Source of the DNA: Flavobacteriales bacterium | GTDB lineage: Bacteria; Bacteroidota; Bacteroidia; Flavobacteriales_F; PHOS-HE28 | Direction: 5' to 3' | Length of the DNA stretch: 64,000 bases | Assembly (NCBI GenBank): GCA_035325445.1 | Contig: DAOKZW010000002.1 | Location: 5,826-69,825, forward strand | In this document: piece by piece, positions 30,109 through 40,318 of the stretch | How positions within the stretch are numbered: position 1 is the first letter of the stretch | How the letters are laid out: each line of letters begins with the position of its first letter | The notes under the pieces: generated by a model | What the model saw: the letters and a program-made list of their open reading frames with translations, nothing else | Databases searched by the model: none | What the model was told of the DNA's origin: nothing | Translations under genes and position numbers: made by a program

Positions 30109-30210
30109 ATGGAATGGGGAATGGGGAATGGGGAATGGGGAATGGTGAAGAGGTGAAGAGGTGAAGAGGTGAAGAGGTGAAGAGGTGAAGAAGTGAAGAA
30201 GTGAAGAGGT
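30109..30210. repeat. compound tandem repeat: (AATGGGG) x5 followed by (GTGAAGAG) x8, in a divergent promoter region
   Basis: Read directly: ggaatggggaatggggaatggggaatgg then gtgaagag repeated 8 times with two A/G variants (gtgaagaa). Lies between the CAT start of the minus-strand CysH-like gene (30090-30092) and the plus-strand gene starting at about 30213. Confidence 0.9.
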
Positions 30211-30212
30211 GG

Positions 30213-31007
30213 ATGATGACGAGTGCATGGTTCGCACCACGTTGGGAAAAGGTGATGGGCCTAATTGCTGAGCCGGAAGGAAATCGCGCGGCTTACGACC
30301 TTTGTACCATGCTCGCCGATCGTTTGCTGAAGGAGGTTTTTGGATTTGACATCGCCAAGGCTGGTTTGCCGAAGCGCATCGGGGTCCTGGACCCGTTCAA
30401 TGGCGAAAACGCGGAGCAGGTGCGCCATAACGTGGAGCTCTTCCACCGCCGCTACTACGCCGACGACAAGCCTCGCATGCTGATGCTGGGCATCAATCCG
30501 GGCCGCTTCGGCGCCGGAAGCACCGGCATCTGCTTCACGGACACCAAGCGCTGCGTGGCCGACCTGGGCATTCCCGTTGAGGGCATCCAGACGCACGAGC
30601 CCAGCAGCGATTTCTTCTACCGCATGGTGCGGGCCGCCGGCGGGCCGGAAGCCTTCTACGGCCAAGTGTACGTGCAATCGCTCTGCCCGCTCGGGTTCAC
30701 ACGGAAAGGACCCAAGGGCACCTGGGTGAACCTGAACTACTACGACGACCCCGCGCTCCAAAAGGCCATAACCCCGCTCATGGTGGACTGGATCCATGCC
30801 CTGATCGGCACCGGCATGCACACCACCGTGGCCTGCTGCATCGGCACCGGGAAGAACTATACGTTCATGAAGAAGCTCAACGACCAGCACGGCTTCTTCG
30901 AGCGGATCATCCCCTTGGAGCATCCCCGCTTCGTGATGCAGTACCGATACAAAAGGCTGGAGGAGTACATCGACAAGTACCTCGCCGCCCTGCTGGAAGT
31001 TCAATAA
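30213..31007 (+). CDS. uracil-DNA glycosylase superfamily-like hypothetical protein
   Basis: GINPGRFGAGSTGICFTD resembles the UDG-superfamily G-x-N-P-G glycosylase motif. Start ambiguous: GTG 30201 lies inside the repeat, ATG at 30213, ATG at 30255. Confidence 0.5.
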   Translation: MMTSAWFAPRWEKVMGLIAEPEGNRAAYDLCTMLADRLLKEVFGFDIAKAGLPKRIGVLDPFNGENAEQVRHNVELFHRRYYADDKPRMLMLGINPGRFGAGSTGICFTDTKRCVADLGIPVEGIQTHEPSSDFFYRMVRAAGGPEAFYGQVYVQSLCPLGFTRKGPKGTWVNLNYYDDPALQKAITPLMVDWIHALIGTGMHTTVACCIGTGKNYTFMKKLNDQHGFFERIIPLEHPRFVMQYRYKRLEEYIDKYLAALLEVQ

Positions 31008-31058
31008 GACGCAAGAGCGATCGTAACCTTTCGGCGGCCCGTGCGACTATCTTGTTGA

Positions 31059-31613
31059 ATGCCCGCCATGCAGCCTGATCCACGCACTGCCTTCATGCAG
31101 GCCTACGCGCCGTGCCATGAACCCTTTGCACGCTACTGCGCGGCCCTGGCCTTCGGGCGCATGGAGGTGGAAGACCTGATGCAGGACGTGCTGCTCAGCG
31201 CCTTCCGGCAATTCGACCGGATCCAACGCAAGGACCAATTGCTGCACTACCTGATCCGCGCCGCGCGAAACCGTGCCGCCAGTGAATGGCGCTTGGCCTC
31301 ACGAACGGAAGCGATGCGGGAAAAGCAACTGGGCCACATCCGCGACAAGGGCACGCCCGCCGAGGTACTGGTGGACGTGGGCCTGCTGTATGCCGAACTG
31401 GACAGGCTGCCCGCCAAGCAGCGCGAGGCATTGGTCCTCTTCGAGGTGTCCGGCCTCAGCATGGAGGAGATCGCCGACATACAGGGCGTGAAGGCCAATG
31501 CCATCAAGACCCGGGTGAGCCGGGCGCGCACGGCGCTGCGGGCCAGGCTTGAAGGACGGGCCCGGCCCAACGCCGCCAAATTGTTGAACACCATGGCCAG
31601 CCTGATGCTATGA
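31059..31613 (+). CDS. ECF RNA polymerase sigma factor
   Basis: Region 2 (DLMQDVLLSAFRQFDR ... LLHYLIRAARNRAASEW) and region 4 (REALVLFEVSGLSMEEIADIQGVKANAIKTRVSRAR). Confidence 0.8.
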   Translation: MPAMQPDPRTAFMQAYAPCHEPFARYCAALAFGRMEVEDLMQDVLLSAFRQFDRIQRKDQLLHYLIRAARNRAASEWRLASRTEAMREKQLGHIRDKGTPAEVLVDVGLLYAELDRLPAKQREALVLFEVSGLSMEEIADIQGVKANAIKTRVSRARTALRARLEGRARPNAAKLLNTMASLML

Positions 31614-33100
31614 AACAGCCCACGCCCGACCATACCCTGCTGGCGCCGCTGCGCAGCCTGCCCCTGCCCGTGGAACTGGGACAGGTGGAACGCATGGTGG
31701 CCGTCTTCCCCGCCGCCACCGGGCTTGCCGCATGGCTGGCACGTATTCGCACCAACTTCAATTCCATCCTGATCATGACCATTTCCGTCGCCACCATCCT
31801 GACCGCCGCCCTCCTGCTCACGGGTGGTCCTTCGCCACAACCCATCGCCGCAGTGGCAGTCCCGGCCACGGCCGACACGGCCCAAGTGGTACAGCCCGCA
31901 TCCACGACCGAAGTGGAGGCGGAACAGGGAACGGCCATTCCCCCGATCGACCTTCCAGCACCCCAAGCCGCACCCACGGATACCACCTTGGCAAACGAAG
32001 GCCACGGGTTGGAACCGACCGTGGATGCAAGGACCAGCGTACCCGTCCGACCATTGGTCCAAGCGCCGGAGCCGCATGCCATGGGCACCGACGGAGTATC
32101 GAAGGCAAAACACGAAGGGGCGGCCCGCACCTTCCCGATCACCGGCTTCACCCAACTGGCCATCGGCTCAGCCCCCCACGCGAACCCCGACGGCGTGAGG
32201 AAACGGGGCAAGGAGAAAACCACCATCAATCCGAAAGGAAGTCCCACGCTGCTGGTGCAGGTGGAGGAAGGCCCCTTCTCTGTTTCGGCTGCAGGTGATG
32301 AACTTCTAGTGGATCTGGTACAGGCCAGCGTGGTGAAGGGCAAAGCCTACCTGTACTGGGATGTGAATGCAAACTTCCCAAAAGGATCGCTGCGCGATAC
32401 CGTACGCATAAGGGTGGTCCTGCCCCGGCTGGAATCGGTGGCCGTTCTTGGCCAGCAACAGGTCCTCATCAGCGAGCTGCACGGCTCCAAGGAGCTGGAT
32501 CTGTCCGTGGTCGGCTCCGGCGGGATCACGCTGGCCCGGGCCTTAGCCTTGGAAAAGCTGCAAGCCCTCCAATCAGGTTCGGGCACCATAGACTGCCAGG
32601 GGGTGGGTGTGCGGGGTGAATTGGGCCTATCGCAGGTTGGCAGCGGCCGTATCTGGGTATCGGGCAACGCCGGTTCGTTGGCAATCACCCAAAGCGGGTC
32701 GGGGTCGGTGGTGGGCCAAGGCCTGGTAGTGGGGCAGGAAGCGAGCCTGGCCCAGGTGGGCAGCGGCAACATCACCCTCACCGGCACCGCCGGGAAACTG
32801 AGCGCAACCCAGTCAGGCACCGGAAAGATCACCTGCGAAGGGAGCGCCCCATGGGGGCCCGTGGAGCTGAGCCAGCTTGGCAGCGGACGCACCACGCTGA
32901 AGGGTGACGCAGCCACCCTTTCCATCACGCTCAGCGGCTCCGGTACCGTGGACGCCTCCGCGTTGGCCGTGCCCTCGGCCGAAGTGTCCCTCCTCGGCAG
33001 CGGGAGCGTGAAGGTGGAAAAGGCCGAAAGGGTGAGCTCCACCGTGATGGGCAGCGGCACCGTCCACACGCGCGACGGTTTGCAGCGGAAGGCACGCTGA
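31610..33100 (+). CDS. putative anti-sigma factor / membrane protein with C-terminal GIN-type (DUF2807/DUF4097-like) beta-helical repeats
   Basis: Overlaps sigma gene stop by 4 nt. Short N-terminal region, single TM (FNSILIMTISVATILTAALLLTGG), Pro/Ala-rich linker, then about eight repeats of the form L.QVGSG.I.V.G.A..L.ITQSGSG.V. Confidence 0.55.
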   Translation: MKQPTPDHTLLAPLRSLPLPVELGQVERMVAVFPAATGLAAWLARIRTNFNSILIMTISVATILTAALLLTGGPSPQPIAAVAVPATADTAQVVQPASTTEVEAEQGTAIPPIDLPAPQAAPTDTTLANEGHGLEPTVDARTSVPVRPLVQAPEPHAMGTDGVSKAKHEGAARTFPITGFTQLAIGSAPHANPDGVRKRGKEKTTINPKGSPTLLVQVEEGPFSVSAAGDELLVDLVQASVVKGKAYLYWDVNANFPKGSLRDTVRIRVVLPRLESVAVLGQQQVLISELHGSKELDLSVVGSGGITLARALALEKLQALQSGSGTIDCQGVGVRGELGLSQVGSGRIWVSGNAGSLAITQSGSGSVVGQGLVVGQEASLAQVGSGNITLTGTAGKLSATQSGTGKITCEGSAPWGPVELSQLGSGRTTLKGDAATLSITLSGSGTVDASALAVPSAEVSLLGSGSVKVEKAERVSSTVMGSGTVHTRDGLQRKAR

Positions 33101-33283
33101 CCCGGCACCGCCACCTGCGGCAAGAACAGTACGCCACGCCCGCTGTTCCTTTGGGGAAATGAGGAAAGGCGGCCAGCATCCCGGACACCACGGAACGGCG
33201 GGGAACACATCTCCGGATCTCGTATCGGGCCCCGGCGTTATTTTGGGCGATTGTATCGGATGCACATCCCAACCCCGTCCCCG

Positions 33284-33711
33284 ATGAAGACCCTGCTTAC
33301 CCTCATCACGGTTCTGCTGGCCGCGCCGTTGGCCCTCGCCCAGAACACTCTGGCCATTTCAAACGTGTATGCCCTGTATGGCAACGACACCCTGCGGGGG
33401 GACAACACCCTGCTGCAACTTGATGCCGAAGGGGCGCCAGGCAACGCCTACATCATGGCGGGCGGGAAGGTGGCCGTAAGGCTGGATGCCAAGCTCAGCC
33501 CCGCCCCGCACACCGCGCCCGCCGGGACCGAAAGCACACGGATGCTCAGCATGGACATCACCATGAAGGCCGATCGTGAAAAGCAGACCAAGCACGTGGA
33601 CATTGGTCTGACCCCGAACAGCAATACCGCCGTCATGGTGACGGAACCATTCACCTTCAGCGGCGGAAGCGGTACACAGCCCGTCATCCTGTCCTTCAAT
33701 ATCGCCTTGGA

Positions 33712-33715
<4 letters not shown>
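33284..33715 (+). CDS. small secreted hypothetical protein
   Basis: Signal peptide MKTLLTLITVLLAAPLALAQ. Track ORF begins 33 nt upstream at 33251. Confidence 0.45.
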
Positions 33716-35478
<1,763 letters not shown>

Positions 35479-35505
35479 CCCCATCCATTCCAACGACAAC
35501 ATCCC

Positions 35506-35910
35506 ATGCAAATCCCTTCCATCCGCCACCTGGCCATCCTTTTGGCCTCAACCGCCATGCTCACCTGGGGCTGCAAGAAGGAGCCCGGCGAAGGCGGCAA
35601 GGCCGAGATCCGCGGTGTGGTGCTGCGACAAGATGTGAACGCCGTGGGCAACCCCATCGGCGACCCCTACCCTTTCCAGGAAACACGGGTATACATCGTG
35701 TACGGCGACCACGACTTCCACGATGACGACGTGCGCACCGGGCCTGACGGCAACTACGTGTTCCGCTGGCTCCGCAAGGGTGATTACACCGTATACACCT
35801 TCAGCGAATGCAACTGCCCGGGAAAGACCGAGGTGGTGTCGCGCACGGTGACCGTTGACGGCCGCAAGGACGTGATCACCGTGCCCACCATCACCGTGAA
35901 GAACTTCTGA
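35506..35910 (+). CDS. hypothetical lipoprotein
   Basis: Signal peptide with lipobox LTWGC. No other recognisable motif. Confidence 0.5.
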   Translation: MQIPSIRHLAILLASTAMLTWGCKKEPGEGGKAEIRGVVLRQDVNAVGNPIGDPYPFQETRVYIVYGDHDFHDDDVRTGPDGNYVFRWLRKGDYTVYTFSECNCPGKTEVVSRTVTVDGRKDVITVPTITVKNF

Positions 35911-35915
35911 GGAAC

Positions 35916-36629
35916 ATGCGGTCTGCAATGGCCATACTGCTATGCCTGGGCCTTGCCGCACAGGCGGCGGCCCAAGGTGAAGGCCCTGCCCAGGCACAGC
36001 AGGACGCACAATTGTGGTTCAGTTTGGCCGGTGAGATCAAGCCGTTCAGGAAAAAGGAAGGCGACCAGGCGCAACCGCGGTTTTTCCGCAACCTGCGCAC
36101 CACCGGAGAGCTCGGCTGGAAGCTCAATGAAAATGGGAGCAACCTCTCGCAGTTCAACATCGATGCCGGTGCGCGCTATGCCGTCACCGGCTTCATGCGG
36201 CTGGGCGCACAGTACCGGTACAGCATGCGCGACCGGTACACCAGCGACCGCCAACGCGTGGACGGCCGGCTCTACCTGAAGTACAAGCACGAACGCCTGA
36301 AGGCCGACTACCGCCTCGTGTACGAGCACTCCTTCAGGGAACCCCGGAAGTTGCGAACTTTGCTCCGCAACCGCATTGCCATCGGGTACAACATCCCCAA
36401 GTGGAAGTACGACCCGTTCATCAGTGTGGAGTCGTTCACCGCCCTGCACTACACGGGCAATCGACTGGTGGGCATGCGCTACGACCTGGGCACCGACATC
36501 AACCTGAACAAGAACAAGACCAGAACGCTCGAAGTGGCCCTGCGCCACGACCGCGAGGTGAACACCAGCAAGCCCACCAACTCGTGGATCCTCGTACTGG
36601 CCCTTGAAAACGCATTCAAACGAAAGTGA
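35916..36629 (+). CDS. hypothetical outer-membrane beta-barrel-like protein (DUF2490-like)
   Basis: Signal peptide MRSAMAILLCLGLAAQAAAQ. Alternating hydrophobic pattern with aromatic-rich C-terminus. Family assignment tentative. Confidence 0.4.
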   Translation: MRSAMAILLCLGLAAQAAAQGEGPAQAQQDAQLWFSLAGEIKPFRKKEGDQAQPRFFRNLRTTGELGWKLNENGSNLSQFNIDAGARYAVTGFMRLGAQYRYSMRDRYTSDRQRVDGRLYLKYKHERLKADYRLVYEHSFREPRKLRTLLRNRIAIGYNIPKWKYDPFISVESFTALHYTGNRLVGMRYDLGTDINLNKNKTRTLEVALRHDREVNTSKPTNSWILVLALENAFKRK

Positions 36630-37291
36630 AGAACGCCCCTTACCTACGAGCCGGCATTTTCGCCGCCATCTTCGGCATCGCCGTCACCATCGGCTATTTC
36701 GTGCTCAAGCCTTCCGATGAGCTGCCCATCTACCACCCGTCCCATCTGGACCCGCGCCTGGTGGACCCTTCGGTGCTGGGCAACAAGGATGAATTCCACA
36801 TCAAGCCTTTCCGCCTGATCGACCAGAACGGCGACAGCCTCTTCCTGCCCGATGTGCAGGGCAAGGTGCTGCTCACCGATTTCTTCTTCACCACCTGTGG
36901 GAGCATCTGCCCCAAAATGACCAAGCAGATGGTGCGCGTGCAAGCTGAATTTGCCGATGACGACCGCGTGCTCCTCCTCTCCCACTCCGTAACGCCGGGC
37001 GCCGACTCGGTGCCGGTGCTGAAGGCCTATGCGGAGGAAAACGGCGTGGACCACCGCCGCTGGCGCCTGCTCACCGGCGACCGCAAACACATCTACGACC
37101 TGGCGCGCACCAGCTATTTCGCCGTGCTGGACCAAGGCGATGGAGGACCCGATGATTTCGTACACACGGAAAACTTCGTCCTCGTTGACCCCGAAGGCCG
37201 CCTGCGCGGCTTCTATGACGGCACCAAGGCCAAGGAAGTGGACCAGGCCATCAAGGACATCCGCAAGCTGCTGAAGGAGATGAAGCGCTGA
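36626..37291 (+). CDS. SCO1/SenC family copper chaperone (thioredoxin-like)
   Basis: N-terminal TM. CxxxC motif FFFTTCGSICPKMT and downstream conserved His, characteristic of SCO proteins. Confidence 0.8.
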   Translation: MKNAPYLRAGIFAAIFGIAVTIGYFVLKPSDELPIYHPSHLDPRLVDPSVLGNKDEFHIKPFRLIDQNGDSLFLPDVQGKVLLTDFFFTTCGSICPKMTKQMVRVQAEFADDDRVLLLSHSVTPGADSVPVLKAYAEENGVDHRRWRLLTGDRKHIYDLARTSYFAVLDQGDGGPDDFVHTENFVLVDPEGRLRGFYDGTKAKEVDQAIKDIRKLLKEMKR

Positions 37292-37296
37292 CGGCG

Positions 37297-37851
37297 CTAC
37301 CTCCCCCTTGCCGGCGGCAGCTCCTCCTCCTTCGGGCCGTAATACAGTTTCCCGTCCTTCAGCCGCGCCGCGGCGGTGTACGGGTGCTCCTCCTCCTTGC
37401 CCAGGCCCATGATGTGATGCACCAGCCAGCCATCGGCCTTCAGCCGGTCGCTGATCATGGAACGATGGCAGCGCCACCACAGCACCTCGCTGCACATGAT
37501 GGCCGTGCGCCGTGCATCCGCCAGCTGCTTTAGTTCCGCCAAGCCCTCCTCAAAGGCCGGATCGTTCATCATGTAGTCGGCATAGCCGCGAAAGGCCGGA
37601 TGCCGCCACACCGTGTTCACGGAATCCTTCGCCTCGCGCCGCCTGCCGCCCAGCGACCGCAAATGGACGTACCCGATGCCCGCCCCGTCCAGCTCCCCCG
37701 GCAGCACCTCCTTGTTGAACTGCGGCTCGCGCCGCGACCCCGGATAGCTCCGCACGTCCACGAGCTGGGCGATATCAAAAGCCCGCAACCACGCCGCGAA
37801 TTCCGCGAAGGGATGGGTGGAGTGGCCGATTGTCCAGAGCTCGTGGGGCAT
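37297..37851 (-). CDS. DUF488 family protein
   Basis: MCSEVLWWRCHRSMIS motif and overall pattern typical of DUF488. Confidence 0.65.
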   Translation of the reverse strand: MPHELWTIGHSTHPFAEFAAWLRAFDIAQLVDVRSYPGSRREPQFNKEVLPGELDGAGIGYVHLRSLGGRRREAKDSVNTVWRHPAFRGYADYMMNDPAFEEGLAELKQLADARRTAIMCSEVLWWRCHRSMISDRLKADGWLVHHIMGLGKEEEHPYTAAARLKDGKLYYGPKEEELPPARGR

Positions 37852-37865
37852 GGTGCGAAGGTCGG

Positions 37866-38058
37866 GATTGGTTGGCAGGTGGCAGGTGGCAGTCCGCCTT
37901 CGCCCTTCGGGCTATGGCGGGACGAAGTTGGCAGGTGGCAGAGGGCAGGTGCAGTTGGCAGGTGCAGAGGGCAGGTGCAGTTGGCAGGTGGCAGAGGGCA
38001 GTTGCAGTTGGCAGGGTAGCGGAGTGCCCTAACAACTAACAACTGACAACTGACAACC
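37866..38058. repeat. complex intergenic repeat: TTGGCAGGTGGCAG copies, three ~27-bp units (TTGGCAGGTGGCAGAGGGCAGGTGCAG), then (CAACTRA) x4, forming an imperfect long inverted repeat
   Basis: Read directly in the 237-bp divergent region between the DUF488 gene and the ABC-F gene. Words GCAGTTGGCAG and ACAACTGACA recur at 51095-51165. Confidence 0.8.
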
Positions 38059-38088
38059 AGGAAATGGCCCCATACCTTCGCGACCCGC

Positions 38089-39957
38089 ATGAACTGCCTT
38101 TCCGTGGAGCGCATCAGCAAGCGCTATGGCCCCCGCCTGCTTTTCGAGAACATCTCCTTCGGGCTGGAGAAAGGCCAGAAAACGGCCATCGTGGCGCGCA
38201 ACGGCACCGGCAAGAGCACGCTGCTGAAGTGCATCGCCGGGGTGGAGAAGCCGGACGAGGGCATCATCACCTTCAACAAGGGCCTGCGCGTGGGCTACCT
38301 GGACCAGAACGTGGAGATGACCGCCACGCACTCGCTGGTGGACGAGATGCTGGACCGCGACGACCCGGTGTCGAACGCCATCCGCACCTACGAGCACTTG
38401 TCGGCCAAGGGAAGCCAAGGACCCGAACTGGAGGCCGCCATTGCGCGCATCACCGAGCTGGGCGCATGGGACCACGAGGCCCGCATCAAGCGGCTGCTGT
38501 TCCAGTTCGGCCTGCGCGACCTGGAGCAGCCCGTGAACACCCTCAGCGGCGGCCAGCAGAAGCGGGTGGCCATGGCCAAGGTGCTCATCGACATGCCCGA
38601 CGTGCTGATCCTGGACGAGCCCACCAACCACCTCGACCTGCACATGATCGAGCAGCTCGAGGAGGAACTGTCGGCACCGAACGTCACGCTCCTGCTGGTC
38701 ACCCACGACCGCTGGTTCCTGGACAACGTGTGCGACGAGATCATCGAGATGGAGTTCGGCTCCTTCACGCGATTCAAGGGCAACTACAGCTACTACGTGG
38801 AAAAGAAGGCCCTGCTGGAGGAAGTGCGCGATGCCACCCAGCAGCACCTGCGCGGACTGGCCCGCAAGGAATTGGAGTGGGTGCGAAAGATGCCCCGCGC
38901 ACGCGGCACCAAAAGCAAAAGCCGCCTGCAGGCCTACGACACGCTGAAGGACCTCGCCGGCCGCAGCTACGACCAGGAGCAGGTGAGCCTCGACATCAAA
39001 ACCACCCGCCTGGGCGGCAAGGTGATCGAGACGCGCAACCTTACCAAGAGCTTCGGCGACAAGAAGATCGTGGAGCACTTCAACTACTCCATCAAGGCCG
39101 GCGACCGCATCGGCGTGGTGGGGCCCAACGGCATCGGCAAGAGCACCTTCATCGACCTGCTCACACGCAAAACAGAGCCCGACGCCGGCAAGGTCACCAT
39201 CGGCGATACCGTGGTGCTCGGCATCTTCGGACAGCAGGGCCTGCAACTGAAGGATGACAAGCGCATCATCGAGGTGGTGCGCGACATCGCCGAGGCCATA
39301 CCACTCAGCAAGGGACGCACCCTCACCGCCGCGCAGCTTTTGGAGCGCTTCCTCTTCGACAAGGAACAGCAATACCAGTACGTGAGCACCCTCAGCGGTG
39401 GCGAGAAGCGCCGCCTCTACCTGTGCACCGTGCTGATGAAAAACCCCAACGTGCTGGTGCTGGACGAGCCCACCAACGACCTCGACATCGCCACGCTCAA
39501 CGCACTGGAGGACTTCCTCACGGACCTCGACATCTGCCTGCTCATCGTCAGCCACGACCGCTTCTTCATGGACAAGCTCTGCACCAAGCTGCTGGTGTTC
39601 GAGGGCGACGGCGTGATCAAGGAATGGGTACACACCTACACCGAGCTGCGCGAGTGGCAGAAGGAGCAGGAACGTGCGGCGAAAGAGGCGCGGGAGAAGG
39701 AGGCCAGGAAGGAGAAGGAAGTCAAGAAGGGCGCGCCGTCGGGCAAGCTCACCTACGCCGAACGCATAGAGCTGCGCAAGATCGACCAGCAGCTGCCCAA
39801 GCTGGAGCAAAAGAAAACCGAGCTGCTCGCCGAGATGGCCGAAAAGGCCGCCGACCACCACGCCGTGATGGAACTCTCGATCCAGCTGGAGAAGACGACT
39901 TCGGAGCTGGAGCGATTGGGGGATCGATGGCTGGAGCTGAGCGAGAAGGGAGAGTGA
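38089..39957 (+). CDS. ABC-F family ATPase (tandem ABC domains, no TM)
   Basis: Two nucleotide-binding domains: ARNGTGKSTLLK / LSGGQQKRVAMAKVL / LILDEPTNHLD and GPNGIGKSTFIDLL / LSGGEKRRLYLCTVL / LVLDEPTNDLD. Charged coiled-coil C-terminal extension. Confidence 0.9.
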   Translation: MNCLSVERISKRYGPRLLFENISFGLEKGQKTAIVARNGTGKSTLLKCIAGVEKPDEGIITFNKGLRVGYLDQNVEMTATHSLVDEMLDRDDPVSNAIRTYEHLSAKGSQGPELEAAIARITELGAWDHEARIKRLLFQFGLRDLEQPVNTLSGGQQKRVAMAKVLIDMPDVLILDEPTNHLDLHMIEQLEEELSAPNVTLLLVTHDRWFLDNVCDEIIEMEFGSFTRFKGNYSYYVEKKALLEEVRDATQQHLRGLARKELEWVRKMPRARGTKSKSRLQAYDTLKDLAGRSYDQEQVSLDIKTTRLGGKVIETRNLTKSFGDKKIVEHFNYSIKAGDRIGVVGPNGIGKSTFIDLLTRKTEPDAGKVTIGDTVVLGIFGQQGLQLKDDKRIIEVVRDIAEAIPLSKGRTLTAAQLLERFLFDKEQQYQYVSTLSGGEKRRLYLCTVLMKNPNVLVLDEPTNDLDIATLNALEDFLTDLDICLLIVSHDRFFMDKLCTKLLVFEGDGVIKEWVHTYTELREWQKEQERAAKEAREKEARKEKEVKKGAPSGKLTYAERIELRKIDQQLPKLEQKKTELLAEMAEKAADHHAVMELSIQLEKTTSELERLGDRWLELSEKGE

Positions 39958-40045
39958 AGGGATGTTCCCTGCCCACCGTTAGGTAGGCTCCATTCACCGT
40001 ATCGGTTGGTCGGCCCTGGAACTATGGGCTCCTCCCCTATGCGTT

Positions 40046-40318
40046 TCATTGTTCCCACTCCCCCAAATGCGCCCGCATCAGGCTCTTGAAGAGCTTGCCA
40101 TGGTTCGGGACGCGCAGGTGTAGCAGTTCATGCACGATCACATAGTCCTGGAACTTGAGGGGTTTATGCAGGAGTTCGCTATTGAAATTCAAGTGGCCTT
40201 TCGTGGAGCAGCTGGCCCACTTGTGGCGCATAGGGCGGATGCCCAGCCACACCACCTCCACACCGATCTTCTCCGACCAGTCACGGACGCGTTGCTTGAA
40301 GGCGGCCTTGGCGTCCAT
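40046..40318 (-). CDS. YgjP-like metal-dependent hydrolase (DUF45), unusually short (90 aa)
   Basis: HEXXH motif in YVIVHELLHLRVPNHG preceded by WASCSTKGHLNFNSELL, the conserved C-terminal half of DUF45. ATG shares one nucleotide with the hsdR stop at 40318. Missing about 100 N-terminal residues relative to typical family members. Confidence 0.6.
   Translation of the reverse strand: MDAKAAFKQRVRDWSEKIGVEVVWLGIRPMRHKWASCSTKGHLNFNSELLHKPLKFQDYVIVHELLHLRVPNHGKLFKSLMRAHLGEWEQ

Noticed and set aside
30109-30210. CRISPR array?
   Set aside because: Units are 7-8 bp perfect tandem copies with no spacers and no cas genes nearby. This is a microsatellite-type array, not CRISPR.
33101-33250. tRNA or small RNA in ORF-free gaps (also 51042-51287, 39958-40045)
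   Set aside because: No cloverleaf-compatible stems or conserved tRNA boxes (GTTC.A..C, A-box) were seen by eye. A tRNAscan/Infernal run would be needed to be sure.
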